From assembly GCF_006345805.1 (NCBI RefSeq), contig NC_043000.1:64046001-64110000 (forward strand): a DNA stretch of 64,000 bases, read 5' to 3'. This DNA is from Octopus sinensis (lineage: Eukaryota). Positions 1-11,645 of the stretch are shown here, one piece after another (position 1 is the stretch's first letter; every line of letters begins with the position of its first letter). Position numbers and translations under genes: made by a program. The notes beneath the pieces are model-generated. The model was not told the DNA's origin and ran no database searches. It was given only the letters and a program-made list of their open reading frames with translations.

Positions 1-420
1 GTGAACCCTATTGTCCTGTTTTCCTATGTCTCTGCCCAGTAAGCTTTCACCCTTGAAAACTTTAGCATAAATAATATACTTGACCCCAGCAAAGCATTCA
101 TCTGTGTCTGACATACAAATTTCCTAGTTAAACCACCTTCCCATGGTCTTCATCCATCTCCCGTCTGCTTGAGTGGAAGCTTCTAGTCAGCCTGCACCAT
201 TACAACATGTGCTGATAGTATTTTCATATCTACATTCTATCAATGTTGATTTTCTCCAATATATTAACTATCTACTCATTGCTTCCTCCAATAACAGGCA
301 CTCCTTTGTTCTCTGACCTTCTCTATTAAGTACTTTTCACATGCAGTCTGTACATGTGAGTCTAAATCTGGACTGTCTCTGTGAAAATTTTTTGGTGGGC
401 TCATATCAATCTTATATTCT

Positions 421-478
421 TCATCATCATCATCATCATCGTCGTTTAGCGTCCGTTTTCCATGCTAGCATGGGTTAC
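421..478 (-). mobile_element. 3' tail fragment of RTE LINE / RTE-tailed SINE
   Basis: Reverse complement reads aacccatgctagcatggaaaacggacgctaaacgacgatgatgatg, the same terminus as 11170-11222 and many other copies in the window. Confidence 0.8.
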
Positions 479-919
479 AGCACAAATGATACCTTTGTGC
501 CTCAATAACTCTAGTCATGGACAACAAGCAACAAGACTCTGGAGAATCATTACAAACTTACAAGTGATCTCTTCGGGCGATCTCATATCCACAGCAGTGT
601 AAAACACCCGTCTGACTCTTGAGAGCCTGAAAATACTTCGGCTCCCATCTAAAATTACTAACTCTTTACAATACTTACAATACTTAAGTAAGACTGATAC
701 ATGCATGCACATACACAGACACACACCCACACACGTGCACACATGCAAACACACACACATTGCATTATATAAATAACCATTATCCAGTCAGATCTGAATA
801 ATATTTGAAGTTAGATTTCTTGTTGTTCTAAAACCCTAGAGTCTATTTCACACATCAAACCAATGGTAGCATAACACATTCATATCTATGAATGTGTTAT
901 GCTCAATATAAAGAAGGTG

Positions 920-950
<31 letters not shown>

Positions 951-1463
951 TGTGTGTGAGTGTGTGTGTGTAAATGTATGTCCCTTATTTTCCTATTTTT
1001 TACCAAAGGCTAAATACCACCAAGTTCCAAATTTTCTATTTGTTCCTTTTCCACTCCTCTTTGGCCTCACAACCCTATCTATTAACCACCAATTTCACTT
1101 TACTTTCTCTCTTGCTTACGTGTATTTATATCACTGATTCCTAATACTGTGCTTAGTTTCCAAAAAATAAACAGCCTTTAACAAAACTTTGAAGTAAATG
1201 TCAACTTTTTCATATGTATGCGTGTGTGTATTCATGCACGTACACCCATGTTTTGTGTGTGTCTGTTCTTGTGTGTGTGTGTGTGTGTGTGTGGTTATTT
1301 AAGGTTCAGACCCACTGCTTGGTGTTTTGAGCAAGTACAGCCAACAAAATTTGTGTGAGGGTATTTAATAAACAGAAACTGAAGAAAGCTTCTTGAATGT
1401 ATATATATATATATATATATGTATGTATGAATATGTGTGTTTATGTATATGTATGTGTGTAAA

Positions 1464-1755
1464 CTTTATTTGTGTATCAAGGCTACCATTGGTTTTATGT
1501 TAAGGAATACATCAACAATTATCAAGCCTATCCACATGAAACATTCTTTTGTCTCCATCATAGAAAGTTGCAATAAAATCATGTGGAAATTTCAGTAAAC
1601 AAAGACATTTTCATATGATTTTATTGTGACTTTCTGTGACTTTTTGTGTTTAAATCCACAATGGAAATGAACACAGATGTCCCATGTGATGGGTTTGATA
1701 ATTGTTGAGGCATTCCTCAGCATGAAATCTATGACAGCCTTAATACTGAAATAAA
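1464..1755. repeat. Nested imperfect palindrome with degenerate hammerhead-like architecture in both outer arms
   Basis: Outer arms about 1464-1560 and 1660-1755, inner arms about 1562-1592 and 1605-1635; lies between (TA/TG)n and (CA)n tracts. Confidence 0.7.
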
Positions 1756-1784
1756 TAAATAAATAAATACATGCATACATACAT

Positions 1785-1854
<70 letters not shown>

Positions 1855-1997
1855 TATTTATTGAAGCTGTAAAAGATCTTCACAAGCTGTTACTCAGAAT
1901 TTCATGTTACTGTTTGTTGGACAGTTGTGATGATACTAAATAAATAAAAATTGTGTGGGCATATGTAACATAATATAATATAACAATGTAGTTGTTT

Positions 1998-2260
1998 CAA
2001 TTCAACAAATAAGCAATTGAATTTGAATGAGTGACTAATTTCAAGACATAACAGTCTAGTTAGGCTGCCAGTAGGGATTAATCATAACGGTGGAATAAAC
2101 AATAATTAATAATTGAATTTTTCTGTTAACTTTTATTTGCTTTTGTACAAAGTTTTTTTTTGCTTTAATTATTAATTTATTGTTTATTCCGTAGCCTAGC
2201 CACACTGTTATGTTTTGGAATCAGTCACTCAGGCAAATTCAGTTGCTTATTCATTGAATA
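1998..2260. repeat. Imperfect inverted repeat (foldback/MITE-like)
   Basis: aataagcaattgaatttgaatgagtgactaatttcaagacataacagt..taggct pairs with agcctagccacactgttatgttttggaatcagtcactcaggcaaattcagttgcttatt; inner arms ggaataaacaataattaataatt / aattattaatttattgtttattcc. Confidence 0.7.
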
Positions 2261-2464
2261 ATGTTATAATAATTATGTTATATAATGTGTACCCACATAA
2301 TTATTTAGTTTCGTCACAACTGTTTGAAAAACAGTAACATGATACTCTGAGTAACAGCTTGAGAAGGTTTTTTTTTTCAGCTTTAATAAATAGCATATTA
2401 CTCTACTTTTGGTATTTGAATATTTTCCACATTGTATTGCATTTATGTTTACATGTGTGTGTGT

Positions 2465-2646
2465 GCGTGTGATGTAAAAAGCACTCAGTCCACTCTGCTG
2501 GGTGGTTAGTGTTAGGAAGGGTACCAAGCTGTAAAGATCCTACTAAAACAGACAAAGAAATCTGATGCAGGTTCCAGCCTGGCTGGTTCCTGACAAACTG
2601 CCCAACCCATGCCAGCACAGAAGGCAGATATTAAATGATGATGATA
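2465..2646 (+). mobile_element. RTE-type 3' end fragment with (GAT)n tail
   Basis: gttaggaagggtaccaagctgta...aacccatgccagca...ttaaatgatgatgat, matching other RTE 3' ends in the window. Confidence 0.75.
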
Positions 2647-2666
2647 TATTTTTACATCCTTCTATA

Positions 2667-2908
2667 TGTTGGATATACAGATTTCATGAAGTGGGGATAG
2701 ACACAAGTGTCTTCAAACGATGTACTTCAAATTACTCCACCAAACACAATATTCCAATAAATACAAACTCTCAACAATCTCTATGACTTCCAAAAACTCT
2801 CAATGACTCCTACTACTTCTCTTCTCAACCAATACGCTACTTTTTATAAGAGTTTGACTAGTCCATACTTCCAATCCCACAAGGGTGTCAATGATTCTCG
2901 CCACAACA
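2667..2908 (-). mobile_element. 3' LTR of Ty3/gypsy element
   Basis: Bounded by TGTTG...CAACA; the minus-strand polypurine tract aaaagggggaga (2909-2920) abuts it on the internal side. Confidence 0.75.
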
Positions 2909-5215
2909 TCTCCCCCTTTTCAGATTGACTTCTGTTGGAAGTTAATATTATTATTATATTTATTTTTTTCTTTCACCACAGCTTCCTTTTTGAGATTTTC
3001 TTCCTAGAGAAGTTTAATATTTTTTTCCATTTAAGCACTACTACCAACCATTCTGTTTGTTTCATCTTTCTTGTGCTGCTACACCTAGATTCAACTTCTT
3101 GTGGCATTGGAACGTCAAAGCTGTCATAGAGCACATCCATGGGTATCTCTTTTCTTTTTCCACATATCTATTTTTAGATGGTTTAAATGTCTTTTGTGTT
3201 CCCATTATCATATACGTCATTTTGCTTAATCTTTTTGTTACTCCTGTGTCTTCTCAACCTTCTCTTCCATTTTTGTATATATTTTGAAATACAAGCAGAC
3301 GTTAAACGATGATGATGATGACCTTGTTACTGATATTAAAATACTTTGTCATATTTTTAGTGTTTCCCCAATTTGTTTTTCCTACTGGCAACAGCTTTTA
3401 AAATATTGACTTTATTTTTTGAGCAAACATTAGTTCCACAGGCGACTTGCCTGAACAAGTGTTTGGTGTTATCCTATAAACCCTCGAGACTTGTGTCAAT
3501 GCTATGTCATTGACCAGCTCATTTCTTGATTTTTTTTAATGTTCTTTTAAAAGTATCCACAAACCATTATGCTTGCCTGTTTGATCTTGGGTGATATGGT
3601 GGAGTAGAGATGTGTTCAATTGTGTACATTTTGCAAAAATTTTTAAATGCATACACCATAAACTCTATACCATTATCAGATACTATGGTGTCTGGGACAC
3701 TATATCTTGCAAAGAGTTTATGAAGAAAATTTATTGTTACTACATCTACATATTTCCAACCACTTAGAATAACTATCTATTACAATCAGGTAGTATGTGC
3801 CATTTACTAGTCCAGCAAAATCTGTATGAAGCCTGGTCCATGGACTATCAGTTTTAAGCCATGGTTGAAATCTTACTGGTGGTGACTTGGCTGCAAGGGC
3901 ACAACCTCTGCAGTATTTCACTGAATTTTCAATGTCATGGTCCTTTGTAAGCCAATATATGTAACTTCTGATAAGTGGTTTCATTCTCAAAATCCTTGGG
4001 TGACCAATATGAAAATCCTTTAATAAATGCATTTGTAGTGTTGCCAGAACTACAACTCTTTGTACATACATCAACACATTATCACACAGTGAGAAATGGT
4101 TCACATTTGTGTTACAGATATTTTTATTTTCTTTGGCCATCAATGTTTCTTTCATTTTTATAATGAATTTATCATTCTCCGACTTTGATTTTATGTCTGG
4201 TAATGTAACTAGCAGTTCACAAATGATGTTACACAGAACATTTTTAATTTCATTTTTCACTTGCAAAGCGGCAATCACAGTCTCTTCAAATGGTTCTGCA
4301 TTTTTTAAAATCAGTCTTGATAGACAATTTGCATGGCCTAATTTCTTGGATGGTATATACTCCAATTTGAAATCGTAGTTTAATAATATCGTAGCCTAAC
4401 ATTGTAACCTATTAGCAATATAAGTAGGAATTCCTTTTTTCAACCCAAATATTGATAATAGTCTGTAGCTGGAAACTTCTACCGTGCAAAGATCTGAGAA
4501 TTTTTTTTCACAGCAAAAATGATCACTAGAGCTTTTTTTTTCATGTTGACTATAATTTTTCTCTGCTCATATCAAAGAACATGAGGCATAAACCACCATC
4601 TTCATGTTACCATCTTTATATTTATGTAGCATTACTGCTCCTATACCATACTCAGAAGTGTCTGAAGCTACAACAATCTCTACTGCAGAATTGACAAATC
4701 AGATATTAATATTTTTTTTTATTTTGTCAAACACCTTTTGACAATTTTCTGTTCAATTCCATTTCATATCTTTTTTCAGCAAATTATTCAGTGAAGCCCT
4801 AACCTTAGGCATATTTGGAAATTAATTTTGGTAATAATTTGCCAGTCCTAAAAATGCTTGTATGGTTGCTATATTAATCGGAAGAAGCATATTTTTAATT
4901 GCATCTGCCCTCGACAGATCAGGTCATCATCCATTTCTATCAATAATTTGTCCTAAATATCTTATTTCCAGTAAAAAAAAATTCACGCTTTTCTCAAAGT
5001 AAAGCTATAATCCATAATTTTTTCAAATACATATTTTATGTGCTCAACTTGTTGATCCCTGGATTTGCTTTTACTGAATATATCATCCATATATGGAATT
5101 GCAAATTCACAGTCCACTAACATTGCATCCATTATCTGTTGAAAAATCACTGGTGCGACTTTTAAACCTAATGGTAACCCTTTGTACTTATACAGACCAT
5201 TATGCATGTTATCTG
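2909..5215 (-). mobile_element. Degenerate Ty3/gypsy pol (RT, RNase H, integrase), 5'-truncated
   Basis: ORF 4983-5207 HNGLYKYKGLPLGLKVAPVIFQQIMD...YMDDI (RT); ORF 3718-4365 GHANCLSRL, HIGHP..CRGC zinc-binding region, PWTRLHTDFAG..YYLIVIDSYSKW (integrase). Many stops and frameshifts; ends at a (TATC)n tract. Confidence 0.92.
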
Positions 5216-5218
5216 TTG

Positions 5219-5278
<60 letters not shown>

Positions 5279-5287
5279 CACACACAC

Positions 5288-5660
5288 ATATCATCCTCAT
5301 CATCATCGTTTAATGTCTGGCATGGGTGGGACAGTTTGACAGGAACTGACCAGGTAGAAGCCTGCACTAGACTTCTATGTCTGTTTTGGCAGGGCTCTTA
5401 CGGCTGGATGCCCTTCCTAATACCAACCACCTAGCAGAGTTGACTGAGTGCTCTTTTCATGGCACAAACACAGGTGAGGTCAGTTTTGGCAAGGTTTTTA
5501 CTGTTGGATGCCCTTCCAAATGCCAACCACTTTACAGTGTGGACTGGATGTTTTTTAAGTGGCACTTGTACTGACAGGGTCTCCAAGTAATTTGCAAAAC
5601 AAAAATCTTTTGAGAAGGGAGGAAGCATTGGAGGTGGTAATCTTGTGTCAGATTATGAAA
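5288..5660 (-). mobile_element. Non-autonomous RTE-tailed retroelement
   Basis: (CAT)n tail, duplicated ggatgcccttcc..ccaaccac motif; colinear with 58555-58930 and 27605-27865. Confidence 0.75.
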
Positions 5661-6344
5661 GGTTATACATACATACATACATGTATATTATTTATGTGTA
5701 TGTGTAAGTGTATGTACATACATTCATAGACAGTATATACCTATCACTATTGGTAATGTGTACTTCATAAAGACCATAGTTTTTGGATACATAAGTGCAT
5801 GTAAAAAATCACTGAATATCTTGACTTTAAATTTAAAAAAATATAAAAAATTTTAATTTTCCACAATACCTAACAGATGAAAGTACATAAAAAATCAATA
5901 GAGCTAAAGAACGAAATAAATGAATTGGATGTAGTTTTATATGTTAAGAGTTTATTGACTGCCATCAGCATGTGCAAAAAAAAATAAAAGAAATCTTATA
6001 TTTCTATTGTATTTTGGGTTTTCTTTTTTTAATATTGTAAAGTAGATGTTTATTTCTTTCATTCTTTTTCTATTTGTGCATTACCCTGCAGCAATTGAGT
6101 GCATTTTCAGCTTGTCTGTTGACTTGCACAAACTCACTAGAAATAGATCAACATCCATTTCTATGTACATGCTCTCTTCAAAAGTTCTAAAAATAGCATC
6201 AAGTCCTTTAACCATTTTACTGCCGAAAGTAGATATATCCACTTAAAATTTCATTCCCTTATCTTCAGAAATCAGTTTTATATACCAATCTATCTTTTGT
6301 TGGGGAATGTCATGTTTGAAACCATTTTTTGTGGAGGGCATGGC

Positions 6345-6514
6345 TCATAAGCACAAGAGTAGCTTATGTATAGTAAGAAGCTCACTTCCCAACCACATGG
6401 TTCTGGGTTCAGTCCCACTGCATGGCACCTTGGGCAAGTGTCTTCTATAATGGCCTCGGGCTAACCAAAGTCTTGTGAGTGGATTTGATAGATGGAAACT
6501 GAAAGAAGCCTGTC

Positions 6515-6548
<34 letters not shown>

Positions 6549-6770
6549 ATGTGTGTGTGTCTTTGTGTCTATATTTATCCTCCACCACTGCTTGACAACC
6601 AGTGTTGGTGTGTTTACATCCCTGTAAGTTAGTGGTTCAGTAAATGAGACCAAAAGGATAAATACCAGGCTTAACTAAAGATAAGTAATGGGGTCAATTC
6701 ATTCAACAAAACATTTTTCAAGGCAGTGACTTATCATGATCTGATGATGGAAACAAGAAGGTAAAAGATA
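6345..6770 (+). mobile_element. tRNA-derived SINE (family A, CORE-like centre, internal (TG)n)
   Basis: Head with ggttcagtccc B-box-like motif, caccttgggcaagtgtctt centre, tail gaaacaagaaggtaaaaga; homologous to 20260-20672 and 24435-24865. A second partial copy follows at 6805-6985. Confidence 0.85.
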
Positions 6771-6995
6771 TTGTACAGATGCAAGCATGGGTATGTAGGG
6801 AAAATAGGTGCAAGCATGGCTATGTGTTAAGAAGTTTGCTTCCCAACCATATGGTTCCAGGATCAGTCCCACTGCATGGCAACTTGGGCTAGTGTGTTCT
6901 GCTATAGCCCCAAGCTGACCACAAAGCCTTGTGAGAGGATAGCTGGCAACTGAAAGAAGCCCATTGTGTGTGTGTGTGTCTGTGTATTCATTTAT

Positions 6996-7133
6996 TAAAG
7001 CTGCAAAATTGTCACAAAAACTATTACTCAGAGTTTCGTGCTCCCGTTTGTTGGATAGTTTTCACCACAGCTGTCCAGCGATGGGAACATGAAACTCTGA
7101 GTAATAGTTTCTGTGGAAATTTTGCAGCTTTAA
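6996..7133. repeat. Palindrome made of two inverted degenerate hammerhead-like motifs (Penelope pLTR-like)
   Basis: aaagctgcaaaattgtcacaaaaactattactcagagtttc pairs with gaaactctgagtaatagtttctgtggaaattttgcagcttt; a single arm of the same family lies at about 1860-1926. Confidence 0.8.
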
Positions 7134-7407
7134 TCAAAGTATTTTACTCTGCCTTTGGTATTTGAGTACTATTTTTTATTTCAATGACATCTACAACAGC
7201 AATGACAGCATCTTCATCAATGGCGATGGCCATAATAACAACAGCATCTTTACCAAAACCGGCAGTGGTAGCATCAACACCATCACCACCTCCAATGACG
7301 CCAACACCAGCAACGCTAGCACCAACAGTGGCAGTGACACCAACACCAACAGACACACCACTGCCAACACCCAACCACAGAGAGACGTCAGCTGTTCCGG
7401 GAACTGA

Positions 7408-7700
7408 TTCAAACAGCACCTCTCCAACCACAGATTCTCCTTCAAGATACCGGAAAGGAGATTCATCACATCATTAGCCAGCCATGTATGGCAGCTGATA
7501 GATGATAGGATTCTATACACAATATCATGGAGAATCCTAGAAAATCCAGGCCGCTACATTAACAGGACCAATCACTGTAAATTATGCATAGTGAAACAGG
7601 CGAGGACTACCTCAACCCAGGCAACATCCTGAACTCCAGAATGGAGGTCTTCGAATTGTGCTTACATTTCAGGAAATTCCTGCTAACATATTGGAACCCA
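7408..7700 (+). pseudogene. C-terminal GIY-YIG endonuclease remnant of a Penelope-like element
   Basis: Manual translation FKQHLSNHRFSFKIPERRFITSLASHVWQLIDDRILYTISWRILENPGRYINRTNHCKLCIVK, then after a frameshift ILNSRMEVFELCLHFRKFLL; fits the PLE pattern FKxRxxNHxxSF..LSxHxW..IxWxIL..CxLC..LNxRxE..CxH. Confidence 0.8.
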
Positions 7701-8079
7701 TGGGATAACAGGGTTATCGGTGATTGATTGCCAAAGGATACAATCCCCTTTGTTGACATTGGTGATTGATGATAGCTATGGGGAGACGATCTCCTTTGTT
7801 GACGTTGAGTAATGGGGTCCTTTCCTCCTCCATATTTTAGAGAGGCCAGTTGCTAGAGAGGCTTTGACCAACAGATTTTTGGGATCTGATGATATGCCAT
7901 AAAGCTAAGTCTTTTATGGACATGAAACCTAAGGCAATCTCATAAACTGGCCTTATCTAACTTTAATATATACTGCTCTGTAACTTAAAGAGTGTTTCTT
8001 TTTTCAAATTTATGTTTACAGATGATCCATATATATATATATGTGTGTGTGTGCGTGTTACACACACACACACTTATGG

Positions 8080-8450
8080 CCGGGGGGGGGCTGAAAAGTC
8101 CCTGGCCTTGGGTAAAAGAAAATACAGGAGTATCAGTTATTTATGATTTTATTCAACATATTCCCCTCTCGCACACTTGTTGCAGTGTTCCTTCAGTTTT
8201 TGTAAGCCCTGTAAAATTAATTGGAAGATGCTTTGTGTTCTTGAGCACAACACTTCATCACACATTGCTCTGCGATCACTTCAACATTTGATGTGTGGCA
8301 CACTGTACAGCTGTTTAGACACTGTTGATTTGATGGAAGGAGTGAGCTAATGTACAAAGCACACATTTGATCACCATAAACAAATAATTTGTGCAGGTCA
8401 TTTGGCAGAAGTTGAATACTCATATGTCATCTTCAACAAAAAAGTCCATC
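8080..8450 (-). mobile_element. Mariner-derived fragment with one TIR
   Basis: gggggctgaaaagtccctggc TIR and subterminal sequence shared with the MITE at 34090-34305. Confidence 0.65.
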
Positions 8451-9339
8451 ATGTGTGTGTGTGTGTGGTGTGTGTGTGTGTGTGTGTGTATAAGGGCAAA
8501 TACCCTATCTTTCTTTGCTATTTTTACAGTTATATTGCAGTTGAAATTTACTTGCTTGTCTGTAAAATACCAACTCATTTGGCACTTTCTTTATAGAATG
8601 TTCTTACATTCAAAAAGCTATTATTTAGCATTAAAACTGGCTGTAATTCTTGTTTGGGGCAGCCTAGCTTAATGGTTAGAGCACTCAGCCAAACTTTGAG
8701 AATAATAGAGTTCAACTCCTAATATCCACCTGTTGGCAACTTTTTTTTTCATCTTCCAAGTGTAGATGCCCAATCTCTCTTTCGCTGCAGTTTTCACAGC
8801 TATACTACTGTTGAAAATTACTTATTTGTTTGTAAAATATATAATTATAATGTATGTTAGAACACAGACAACTATATGTGTAAGCACACACTCACACACA
8901 CACACACACACACAAGCACATGTTCTGTAAGGAAAGTTAGGGTACCAAATTAAGACTCTTTAAAGAATGACACACATTCTTGATGACCTCCTCATGCCAC
9001 AATGTCAGCAATCCAAACACATTACTTACCTTTTGAAGTGCATTGAAGTGCCCTCCCCACCACCACCACCACCACCACCACCTAGCAACGACTAATAATG
9101 TATGGCTACTGGTCTAATTAAAGAAGTATATATGACTCATGTTGTTATGCTGTACTTTTTATTATTTTGTGAAACAAAGCAACAGAGAATGATAATAAGT
9201 ACATAAGATTGTTGTGTGACACATTAACTTTGAATGTTGCCGGCTATGTGAAATTACATTTTGCAAACTTTGTTTGGGGAGGAAACACATCTCTCTTCTG
9301 AGTGATTCTTTTTCTAAATATTGTATGTCACATATGTCA

Positions 9340-9512
9340 AGTTGTTATTTAGCATTATCTAGCTAATCAGTCCTGATCAAGCAGGCCTATGATTAAATGC
9401 ATTCCAGATTATGACTATACTATTTTAATTTAAGACATAGTATACTTAGGACTTCCCTTTTAAGATATAGGATTTGATTTGAGGGAGATTTAACTGCTAT
9501 TTCTAGCAGACC
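9340..9512 (-). mobile_element. Old dispersed SINE-like repeat (family with tgctagaaatagcagccaaat motif and (CAA)n tail)
   Basis: Diverged homologues near 23630, 24970-25160, 41020-41070, 58030-58255 and 63405-63590. Confidence 0.55.
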
Positions 9513-9717
9513 AAGATCAACTTTACCTTTTACCCCCTCGGGTTCAATAAAATATGCAACAGTTTAACACTGGGGTCAGTGTAATCAATTTACTCCACCC
9601 ACGAAATTGCTGGCTTCATGCCAAAATTTGAAATTATTATTACTATCATCATCATCATCATCATCCTTATCATCATTGTTGTTATTATTATTATTATTGT
9701 TGTTATTGTTATTGTTG

Positions 9718-9767
<50 letters not shown>

Positions 9768-9853
9768 TCTGAAGAACTAAACAGAATAAAGATTTAGTCT
9801 TGCTGAGTCAAGTTTGTGCTTTCAGTTTCGATTTGATTTGTGTCGTCTTTCCT

Positions 9854-9888
<35 letters not shown>

Positions 9889-9929
9889 ACGTGTGTGTGT
9901 GTGTCTGTATATATACACACACACATATT

Positions 9930-9996
<67 letters not shown>

Positions 9997-9998
<2 letters not shown>

Positions 9999-10284
9999 AG
10001 GTGCAATGGCCTAGTGGTTGGGGCAACGGACTCGCGGTCGCAGGATCATGGTTTTGATTCCCAGACCGGGCGTTGTGAGTGTTTATTGAGCGAAAACACC
10101 TAAAAGCTCCACGAGGCTCCGGCAGGGGTGGTGATCCCTGCTGTACTCTTTCACCACTCTTTCTCCCACTCTTCCTTCTGTTGGCCTGCTCGCTTAGCCA
10201 GCGGGGTGGCGTCACTCGAAGGCTAAAGCAATGCGAACGCATGGTGACCAGCGATGTGTAACAACATCTGATGGTCTGGTCGAT

Positions 10285-10291
<7 letters not shown>
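9997..10291 (+). mobile_element. Young tRNA-derived SINE (family B) inside (TA)n
   Basis: tggcctagtgg A box, ggttttgattcc B box, CpG-rich body; near-identical copy at 62255-62557, also flanked by (TA)n; old 3' fragment at about 20085-20190 (-). Confidence 0.9.
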
Positions 10292-10320
<29 letters not shown>

Positions 10321-10323
<3 letters not shown>

Positions 10324-10471
10324 TTTTTTGCATAATGAGATAAAAAGCCCAAGGCTGTATAGATATTAGAGCACTTATAGATAGAAGATCTTACAGCTGT
10401 AAGACCTTCTATCTATAAGTGCTCTAATATCTATACAGCCTTGGTTTTTTTATCTCATTACGCAAAAAATT
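10321..10471. repeat. Near-perfect 150-bp loopless palindrome centred on cttacagctgtaag
   Basis: gaattttttgcataatgagataaaaagcccaaggctgtatagatattagagcacttatagatagaag mirrored with a few mismatches. Confidence 0.92.
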
Positions 10472-10613
10472 CTTATATACACACGTTGACATAGAACCAA
10501 TGTTGAACCCTTTATTCGCAATATTACCAAATCTGGAACTTAACTATGGTCTGTCTATAGCACTTATTCAGCATTACCTGACACCTTTGGGTCTCAATGA
10601 CACCATTTTCTCT

Positions 10614-10644
<31 letters not shown>

Positions 10645-10958
10645 CTATAAAGTAAACGCAAACAAACAATGTTTAGTTTTAATCTACTTTCCTGTTTACT
10701 CTGCTTTTGCCTAGCTTTTCTCCTTATTGTATTCTGTCTGTTCAACCCTTGATACACACACACACACATACACACACACACAAAATTATCATAACTTTAA
10801 GAAAAGCATGAATGTCATGCAGACCCATAACCCGTCCTTGAAAGTATGTGTCCTTTAGTTATTTGGTTTGTTTTAGTAATATACTGATGTCTTTACTATG
10901 CCAGTGTACAGCTTGGAACTGGGTCAAGTCTAGTTTGTACTTGATGGAAATATGACCG

Positions 10959-11222
10959 CCTGGCCCCGTGCCGGTGACACGTAAAAGCACCATCCGTTCG
11001 TGGCCGTTTGCCAGCTCTGTCTGGCACCTGTGCGGGTGGCACGTAAAAAGCACCCACTACACTCACGGAGTGGTTGGCGTTAGGAAGGGCATCCAGCCGT
11101 AGAAACACTGCCAGATCTGACTGGGCCTGATGAAGCCTTCCAGCTTCACAGACCCCAGTTGAACCGTCCAACCCATGCTAGCATGGAGAACGAACACTAA
11201 ATGATGATGATGATGATGATGA
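10959..11222 (+). mobile_element. Young RTE 3' end (one minisatellite unit, 3' UTR, (GAT)n tail)
   Basis: Starts with the reverse complement of the 20925-20975 unit; CpG-rich; ends aacccatgctagcatggagaacgaacactaaatgatgatg. Confidence 0.88.
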
Positions 11223-11289
11223 ATTATACCAATGTCTTTAGTCTGTCCATGTAGAGTTATGCTGCTAGGTCAAACCTGGTTTCTTTTAT

Positions 11290-11645
11290 CTTTCATCCTT
11301 TACTTGTTTTAGTCATTGGACCACATCCGTGCTGGGGTAGCACCCTGAAAGGTTTAGTCAAACAAATTAACCATAATATTTTATTTTTTTAAGTCTGGTA
11401 CTTATTTTATCAGTCTCTATTGTTGAACTGCTAAGTTACAGGAATGTGAACAAACAAACACTAGTTGTCCTGCAGTGTAGAACAAACACACATATACACA
11501 CATAGATACACATATGCACACATATATACAACAAGCCACGACATAGTTTCTGTCAACCAAATTCACTTACAAGGCATTGGTTGATTTGGTGCTATAGTAG
11601 CAGACAGTTGCCCTAGGTGCCATGCAGAGGGAATGAACCCAAAAC
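11290..11645 (-). mobile_element. SINE family A copy
   Basis: tttacttgttttagtcattgg...ctaagttacagg...(CA)n...gccctaggtgccatgcag...aaccatgtggttg. Confidence 0.8.

Noticed and set aside
9800-10287. ORFs rich in CVCV/YIYI/HTHT (also 515-760, 892-1137, 1592-1852, 16493-16774, 38328-38691, 44412-44778)
   Set aside because: Translations of (TG)n, (TA)n and (TATG)n microsatellites.
11122-11160. CTGATGA in an RTE 3' UTR as a hammerhead core
   Set aside because: No GAAA or stem III follows, and sibling copies read ctggtgcag or ctgatgcag at this position.
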